64,000 bases of DNA, taken from NCBI GenBank assembly GCA_951406725.2, contig OX597818.1, positions 82,832,001-82,896,000 of the forward strand, given 5' to 3'. The stretch is from Octopus vulgaris. Lineage: Eukaryota. The position numbers and the translations under genes are program-made. The notes under the pieces are model-generated. The model searched no databases and had not been told where the DNA came from. It was given only the letters and a program-made list of their open reading frames with translations. Each line of letters starts with the position of its first letter. Within the stretch, counting starts at the first letter, position 1. Of this stretch, positions 56,415 to 64,000 are shown in pieces.

Positions 56415-56472
56415 AGTTCTGTATCACCGTGATTTCACATTCAACTTACGTCTTATGATCATCAGCAGAACT
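56415..56472 (-). ncRNA. Type I hammerhead ribozyme, unit 2
   Basis: Same fold with a fully paired stem III (Atcac-g-gtgaT); AUA triplet. Confidence 0.8.
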
Positions 56473-56638
56473 GATTCTGAACACATCATAAATAAACTAC
56501 CAACCTTACGTAGCGAAGACGAACAGACAACTGCTCACTCTGCTTTGAAAAACTGCATTTGGGTATGATTAGTATAATTTTGGTAGTAATGACTTTGTCC
56601 CTCTTAGTGTGAGGCATTTATGTAATAATGCCCTCTAT

Positions 56639-56696
<58 letters not shown>

Positions 56697-57017
56697 TATG
56701 TATCTATCTCTATATATATAAATATATATATGCGTGTGTGTGTGTTTTGCAAACAACTTGCACATGCAAGTGCTACCAGTCGAACGCTCCGCATACTGGA
56801 AGCCAGCAAGTGTATGGGTTCATCAGGACAGAATGCGTACCGTTTCAGTACCTACCTCTGGAGGGTATCAGTGTGCACCGGCCCCTAATGACTGCTTGCT
56901 AGATCAACTGGTTATCAAATGAAACACAGTATTCTTCTAGCCATCGCACATCTTCATTTTTTAACGAAATCCGATGACTAGCTATTTCCACAGTAGTTTG
57001 TATATCGTTCATGGTGG

Positions 57018-57079
<62 letters not shown>

Positions 57080-57594
57080 TATATATATGCATATATTTGT
57101 ATATATATGTATATATATATGTAGTTTTGACAATAGCTTTGTCTCATCGGCACATTTTTCAACCGACCTTCTAATAGTCAGGAAAGGAAACTATTGAAAG
57201 TCCATCTCACTTAGCCAACAGGATAAAGTGCATGCTGTATCCATTGATCTACCATATCTTAGTTTGTTCTGAACGCTTTTTCCTGTACTGCACATATGAA
57301 GATACGTTTTTCAGGTTTTAGATCGTTTCGGCCCAATAGATTTGAAAACATAGATGCATCTTGTTTAGATATCTGATAAATTATTTACGAGAATATAAAT
57401 TCGCTTACTTCATCGATGTAAATAATGATCGGAGATAACGTGAAAATTCCAGGCTTAGTTATCTGTCTTGTAATCTCAAATTCTAGTGATTTAAAGGATA
57501 TTATAGTCTTCCTACCTATTGATCTATCTAATATTCTTCGGGAAAACAATGTCTTCTTGTTTTTTGTTAATTATCAAAGAGTTATTGTATATTC

Positions 57595-57790
57595 TTTCTG
57601 AGTGATGTCGCGTGAAGCAAGGGTGTCCTATTCATGACCGTAAGATCGTAGTTTTGATCTCTCGGAACGTGCGGTGCGTTATGTACGTGAGCAATACCTT
57701 TAATTTCATGGTATTTCAATCCAGTCAGCTGTACACGAGTTCCAGCAATAGCTGGAATCGACATCCCGTTTAGGAAGGTATGTTGTAATC
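57595..57790 (+). mobile_element. Degenerate tRNA-derived SINE (family D)
   Basis: catgaccgtaagatcgtagttttgatctc..gcgttatgt..tgagcaa..; similar to the reverse complement of 60735-60864. Confidence 0.45.
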
Positions 57791-57899
57791 TCAGTCACTA
57801 GTATGACAAAAAAAACGCGAGTTAAGCTACGGATTTATGCTCCAAACAGCACTTGAATATAAAACCTGCTAAATACTACTTGTTACAACTGACTAGTTT

Positions 57900-58475
57900 G
57901 CAGAATGCAGTTGGAATATTTGGAAGCCCGCTTTGCAATAAAGTTTTGTGATAACGACAAAAATAGTACTTAGACTATGAGATTCTCCAGACTGATCTTG
58001 GATTAACTTTTCCGCTCGCACAAGAGATTCAAAGAAGGTAGAGAAGAGGTCAGATACGATGAGAGGTCTGGGTGAAAGAGGGACATCAGAATATGGGAGC
58101 TAGTAAAGAAAGTACGCAATTTTCAGGCTGAAGACCGTCGCGTGTCTATAAAAAGCAAAAAGCAAATAGTTTGGAGTTGCTGTGGCAGCTTTTCACTGAA
58201 TTATTCATTAAAAGCTGAAGGAGTACAAAATTTGTGCAAAGCTTTTTCTCGGGGTGCTTAGGGACAAACATCCTGGTAACTAACTACTTGATAGAAATGT
58301 GTATTAAAACTGTCTCTTACACTTCCGACGGTTCAAAACTTGTACCCTGTGACATTTGGCTCAATGAATGAGACAGTGACAAGGGTTTTGAACAACTTCA
58401 CTTTGGATTATATTATATCAATGGAGTCCTTCACGAAGTGGTTGGAACACGGGAATAAGTGCATTGAAGACTGAT
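57900..58475 (+). mobile_element. Decayed, internally deleted mariner
   Basis: RFAIKFC..HKRFKEGREEVRYDERSG; ILVTNYLIEMCIKTV..LVPCDIWL; KWLEHGNKCIE. Confidence 0.75.
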
Positions 58476-59644
58476 GCTCCTATTTTGAAGGAAATTAGGA
58501 GTTTTGGATCTTTGGGGAATTGATAATTAACTTCTGGGATGACCCTTGTACAATAATTTATCTTTTGATTCTTAGTAAAAACAAACCAAGCAGATTTTTC
58601 TATTTGCTTATATTTCTTGTAGTCCAAGCAACGTAAGTTCCTTGTTTTTGGTGCGACATCTTGTGATCGAAGACAACGAAAGTTTTCGAAAGTCGTTTTA
58701 CTACTCTTTTGTTTCTCTTTTATACTATTGTTGCTGTTGTTTGTATTAATGCGATAACTGCTTCTCATTCAGGTAGTTAATAACAGCATACTGTACGAGC
58801 AACTTTTGTTTGTTAGTTATTGTAGTTAGTCTTAAAGTTACTGTTGTACATATTGCAGTCGCTGCAGTTCTTGTTGCAGCATCTGTCTCTCATTTAAGTG
58901 TCATTCATTGTAAGGCTATTTGTTGTTATTACTTTTTGAAGATACTGCTGTAAACTCAAACGCTCATAACTCACACATACTCTGTATCCTCCTACGTATT
59001 TGCACAGATACAGAAACAAACTGGCGCATACACATATTAATAATATAAATATCTATTGCTATCGGATATTTATTTGATATTTTCTCTCTTTATTTTCGTC
59101 TTCTTGAGTCGTTAACAGACGAAATAGACTTGAAATAGTGAGACAGTAAGAATATAAAAAATATATAGAAATAATGCATCTTCTCTTCACAGCTGCTAAT
59201 GTTGAACGAAAACTGCCACTCAGCGGATAAGCGAATCCGTTTTGCTCGAAGACAAAAAAAGTGTTCTCATTTACGTCACTTCCTCCTGGAAAACAGTATT
59301 GAAGAGAATGTTTTCGATCATAGATTTGCTGTTTATTGGTGCAGTAACAAAAATGGGGAAAAGAGACAGATAAAAGAAAAACAAACATCATCATTGTTGG
59401 ACGACAATGACTATAGCAAAGAGGCATCGAAAGAAACTCACTGTATTTATTTGATCTGTTAGTAATAATAGCTAAATTATAGTCAAATCATAAACAAACT
59501 TTTATAAACTAGAAGGAACTATGCATTGGATAACGTAATCCTGATACTTTGTCAGAATAAAAGACGTGATCCTCCTGATCTTGAATGCTTGTGGTAACAT
59601 GTAGTGAGATACCACGTACTTATTTGGTCTGTGAGTAATAATAG

Positions 59645-59855
59645 TTTCAAATATTGGCACAAGGCCAGAAAGTTCTGGATAGGGGATAAGTCGATCTCAT
59701 AGAACACATTACTCAACTGGTACTTATTTTATTGAACACCAAAGGATGTAAGGCAAAGTCGATCTCGGCGAAATTTGAATTCAGAACATAAAAACGGAAG
59801 AAATGCCGCTAAGCATTGTGCTCAATGTGGTAATGATTCTGCCAGCTCGCCGCCT
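59645..59855 (-). mobile_element. SINE family B
   Basis: aggcaaagtcgatctcggcgaaatttgaa..gattctgccagctcgccgcctt. Confidence 0.85.
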
Positions 59856-59954
59856 TTTAAAAAATATATATTTGTTTGCTGCGTGGAAGGTGTTTATAAG
59901 CCATTTAAGAAATACACAAAAGCTGTTAGATTCACTTCAACATATAAATTTAAA

Positions 59955-60003
59955 TTGTCAAAATATTTTCGTCGCTTTGAGACCGCGACCTGTTCCCTGA
60001 CAA
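59955..60003 (-). ncRNA. Hammerhead-shaped fold with a strongly non-canonical 5' core
   Basis: ttgtca|gggaacag|gtcgc-ggtctcaaa-gcgac|gaa|aa-ta-tt|t|tgacaa. Confidence 0.4.
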
Positions 60004-60659
60004 ATTTCCACGCTGCACTTGTTTTCGTTCCAGCAAACGACCTCAGATCATGTCACTTGCTATGCTATTACATCTCCGTAATATTTGTTTACTGTTTTCT
60101 GAATATTTAGCTATTAAGATCTACTAGTAATAATAGCTAAATATTCAGCAAACATATTGAAAATATGAATGATGCACTGGATAACGTGTTCCTAGCTGTT
60201 CAATGCCAGAATAAAAGACATGAACGTTCTGGTCTTCAATAAATTTGATAAAAGTGTCTGCTGGGTCGAAGCTGATCTAACATAAACGAGAATGAAGTGG
60301 GCACCAATGATAAATGAAGCCCATTTGGAATTAAATAGATGAAAAATTCTTTAAAAAATAGATGAAGTATTTAAAAGCAATAAAGGAAATCTTATTTAAA
60401 AAATAATAACGAATTAAATTGATGAAGTTTTATTTAGAGTCAAATAGCCTTGCTCTGATGTATTTATTTTTGTTGCAGCAGTTGTTATTCGTGATTGTGT
60501 CAGTGTGACCCACTGGACTTTCAACTTGCTGAGGGTACATGGCACTTTCCACTTGTGGACTGAATACTTTAGTGAAATGTCTAAAATGTTGATATATATA
60601 AGGAAACATCCTCATCATTAACCACAGGACATTATGATGTCATGTTCTATGATTTCTGT

Positions 60660-60864
60660 GGGGTATAAGCGACCGTGATCAGAACACAGACCCCTCAACG
60701 GAAAGCCCGTCCGTCGTTAAATTATTCAATTATATCTGAGTGTACTGTAGCTGCTTCAAATAAAACCTTTTGCACAGAATCACAATGTACTGCTTGGTTG
60801 GGGAATCGAAACCACCATCTTGCAATCGAGAGTGAAATACCCCAACCACAAGGCCACACGCCTT
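60660..60864 (-). mobile_element. tRNA-derived SINE (family D)
   Basis: Minus strand gaaggcgtgtggccttgtggttgggg (A box)..ggtttcgattccc (B box). Confidence 0.6.
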
Positions 60865-60903
60865 CTCTGACTGAAGCTAGTACAAAAACTAAATCTAGTA
60901 AAA

Positions 60904-61381
60904 CTGTGATCCCCATCGGTCAAGAATGACCATGGGATTGCACCTAGAAAGTTAGCCTCCGAGACAGAAGTCCGGGCAAGGTTGTTTATGGAAGACCAGC
61001 AGTCACCCATGCATAACAGCCTCCCCTCTCCACGAATGTTATCCAAGGGAAAGACAAAGGCCGATACAGCTTGGCACCAGTGACGTCGCAGCTCATTTAT
61101 TAACGAGCAAGTGGCTGAGCACTCCACAGAGACGTGTACCCTTAATGTAGTTCTCGAGGAGATTCAGCGTGACACAAAGTACAACAGAAACAGGAAGAAA
61201 GAGTGAGAGAAAGTTGTGGTGAAAAAAATACAGCAGAGTTCACCATCACACTCTACCGGAGCCTCGTGGAGCTTTAGATGTTTTTGCTCAATAAACATTC
61301 AAAATGCCCGGTCTGGGAATCGAAACCGCGATCCTACGACCGCGAGTCCGTTGCCCTAACCAATGGGCCATTGCGCCTCCA
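60904..61381 (-). mobile_element. SINE family C head with a different, longer 3' body
   Basis: First about 190 nt match 9333 and 55299, then an unrelated tail of about 290 nt. Confidence 0.8.
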
Positions 61382-62094
61382 CTCTAGTAAAAATAATGAA
61401 ATAGTAACAAAAGAGATTACGCAAGCAATACAGTACATAATTTTTGCCTGCGTTCTGCCCAATAAGCCATTGATTTATAATAATGTATTCGACTGAATTG
61501 TTTCAATAACATGAAAGGTGCATTTTAATGAGTCTATAAAAAGGAAGTATTAAGTCTACATTTTCAGCTTTCGTTAAAGCTTCACAATAAATCACTTACT
61601 GCAAGAGAAAGTAGTGTTGGTACTAATTATGAAAATTATAAACACAATCATACTAAATCTGATTACATTTGCATAACTATGCCCAATCAGTAGCATACAT
61701 TAATTAATTCTAGTATCAACACGACGTGTTTTAGAGTAAATTAGTAATCAGCGATATAACTGCGTGTTTAATACATATATATATTTAACCACGCTGTTTG
61801 ATCTACGATTGTAGGGGGATGTTTGATCTCTGTACGTAGTTCAATCGAAAGATATAGAACCTCATGCATTTCATCTTTAATCTAAAGCCGCTTGTTTCTG
61901 TGATACAGATACCTTTAAAACAATAACAAATACCTTTATAATGATACCGTATTTACTAATGCAGATCAAATCGAATACAGGATGAGACAAAAATCCCCAT
62001 CACACATTTTACAAACCGTCAAACTTTCCGAGATATGCACGATATACGAAGAACAAAATGTGAAGCAGCTGAAAAAAAAAGGTGATAGAATATC

Positions 62095-62455
62095 ATTTTC
62101 TATTCTAGGCACGAGACCCGAAATTTCGGGGACGGGGCCAGTCGATTAGATCGATCTCAGTATACAAGTGGTACTTAATTTATTGACTCCGAAAGGATGA
62201 AAGGTAAAGTCGACCTCGGCGGTATTTGAACTCAGAACGTAAAGACAGACGAAATATCGCTAAGCATTTCGTCCGGCGTGCTAGCGTTTCTGCCAGGTCT
62301 CCGCATTAAAATGATAGAATATTTATTTCTTTATTGCCCACAGAGGGCTAAACATAGAGGGGACAAACAAGGACAGACAGAGGGATTAAGTCGATTATAT
62401 CGACCCCAGTGCGTAACTGGTACATATTTAATCGACCCCGAAAGGATGAAAGTCA
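62095..62455 (-). mobile_element. Two tandem SINE family B copies
   Basis: gaaaggatgaaaggtaaagtcgacctcggcgg; the second copy is truncated at 62455. Confidence 0.85.
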
Positions 62456-63109
62456 AATATCAGTACAGGACGTCACAGAATGTAAACAACATGAAATACG
62501 AAAGACGAAAACATGGAATACGAACTCTTGTTTTGTATACAACGAAAGAAACAAATGGAAAAAAATAAGACAAGCAACATAAAGAACGACCCTTCATCAG
62601 TTATTGGTTGTTTTTTTACTCCGCATTTCGAGCAATTCGACAAGATACGCCTTTGACAAAACACAAGGAAATTAAATAAAATTTGGGATTTTGCGGAGGG
62701 TCAAAGTTGGTGACAAAAACAGGACAGTGAAAACAGACAAATATATATATATATATATATATACCAACAGAAAAATGTATATTACCACAACAATTCTTTC
62801 ATCTTCAAATGCATCGCTCCCTTGTGGGCCCGGATAAAATATAAGATTTCATGGTCAATTATAGAATATACAAAAGCCTACAACACATTCTAGGACCTGT
62901 GGATTGTGTTCTGAAGAATCCCTGTCAATGTTGCTCATTACGGATTACACGCCATAAAAGCCACCTTCAAATATTACCACCCTATAAACACAGCACCGAA
63001 ATGCCATAATCCACATTGAACAGTGAACATCATGCTATCATTCCATACATTGCTATGTACCCATGGACAAGTGCGTGGGGGTTTGCCCATGTCCGGTTTA
63101 TTATTCTGT

Positions 63110-63740
63110 ATCTACATGTGTGTCTGCGTAGTCATGTGAGTGTGTGTGTGCATGTCAGTGCAGAGTTGACGTGTTTCTATGTGCCGATGTGTGTATGTAA
63201 GTGCTGAGCGGAAATCTCTGGTGTATACTGATGCGTACCTGAGTATATCTGCGTACGAACGTGTGTGTGTGTATAATTATGTGAGTTTATAAGTGTATTT
63301 GCCTGCAGATATGTGAAACTATGAGTGTTAATGTACATTTGGATTTGTATGTTCTGTGGTGTGGGTGTTAGATGAGGTGTGTGGGTGGGTGTGAGTGGGG
63401 CAGATGTGTGAGTGCTATATGAGGATGTGAGTGTGCCTGTGTGAGTGTGTTTATTGTTGTATCTCTGTGAGTGCGTGCATCTGCTCTATAGAGGCAATAT
63501 TGATGTATTGGTGTGTGGGTGGGTGAATATTTGTGCCTCGAGGGATGCATTCATGTGTGTAGAAGTGTTTCTATAAGTATGTATAGCTGTGTGCGTGTGT
63601 GATTGACATACAGACATGTGATAGTGTGCGCTGGCATGTTACCCTGGGTATAATTATTAATCTGTGCGTCTATTCGTCTTTGCATTGATTTAAACGTATG
63701 AATGTGCGCGTCTGTTTATCTATGCGTCTATCTATTAAAA
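63110..63740. repeat. Degenerate (TG)n-rich low-complexity tract
   Basis: Directly visible. Confidence 0.8.
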
Positions 63741-64000
63741 TCTCTCAATACAGAGAAACTAAAATGTAAATCTCCCAGCTTAAAAAACTTATTATCCCAC
63801 CTGTGGAGTCTGGTGTTATTGCATCGTTCCACGCCCACGAAGGAGCAATAGATCTTGAAGATGAACTAATTATTGTGGCTATATAATTTTTTTGTTGGTA
63901 CAATCTGTCTTCCCTTTTTAGCTTTAATATGTAGCCAACGTCCATTCAGGAATTATTACAACATTGTTTGCTAAGTATCACTGATGATGTCTGGTAGCCA

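Larger units (their letters stand above)
55672..56646 (-). mobile_element. (TA)n-flanked tandem repeat (about 480-bp unit, 1.8 copies) plus an inverted partial copy; PLE pseudo-LTR or retrozyme-like
   Basis: 55672-56150 is repeated at 56151-56540; 56541-56646 is the reverse complement of about 55806-55912. Confidence 0.9.

Noticed and set aside
56817-56853. Minus-strand GAAACGGUA...CUGAUGA, a possible permuted (type II) hammerhead
   Set aside because: Stem I does not pair at its closing positions and stem II is unconvincing

Overview
AT-rich eukaryotic non-coding DNA, either intergenic or a very large intron. It is saturated with (TA)n, (CA)n, (GATA)n and (TAA)n microsatellites, tRNA-derived SINEs and decayed transposons. 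The repeat make-up is most consistent with a cephalopod (Octopus-like) genome, which is an inference. No intact host protein-coding gene is supported, and almost all ORF-track entries are microsatellite or SINE translations. Recognisable coding remnants are two Penelope-like (PLE) GIY-YIG endonuclease ends, four mariner copies, a rosa/DD41D-like Tc1-mariner, several R4/Dong-type fragments in (TAA)n, an RTE reverse transcriptase and very old CR1/Jockey-like pieces. The most notable signal is RNA structure: about a dozen type-I hammerhead ribozyme (HHR) folds from roughly eight unrelated repeat families. Most lie in short modules next to (TA)n tracts, and several are arranged as tandem or inverted (fold-back) duplications. 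One module (55672-56646) is a tandem repeat with a CUGAUGA/GAAA hammerhead in each unit, 482 nt apart, which is a retrozyme-like layout. Several other copies keep the hammerhead stems but carry non-canonical cores. All folds and alignments were done by eye, and element boundaries are approximate.
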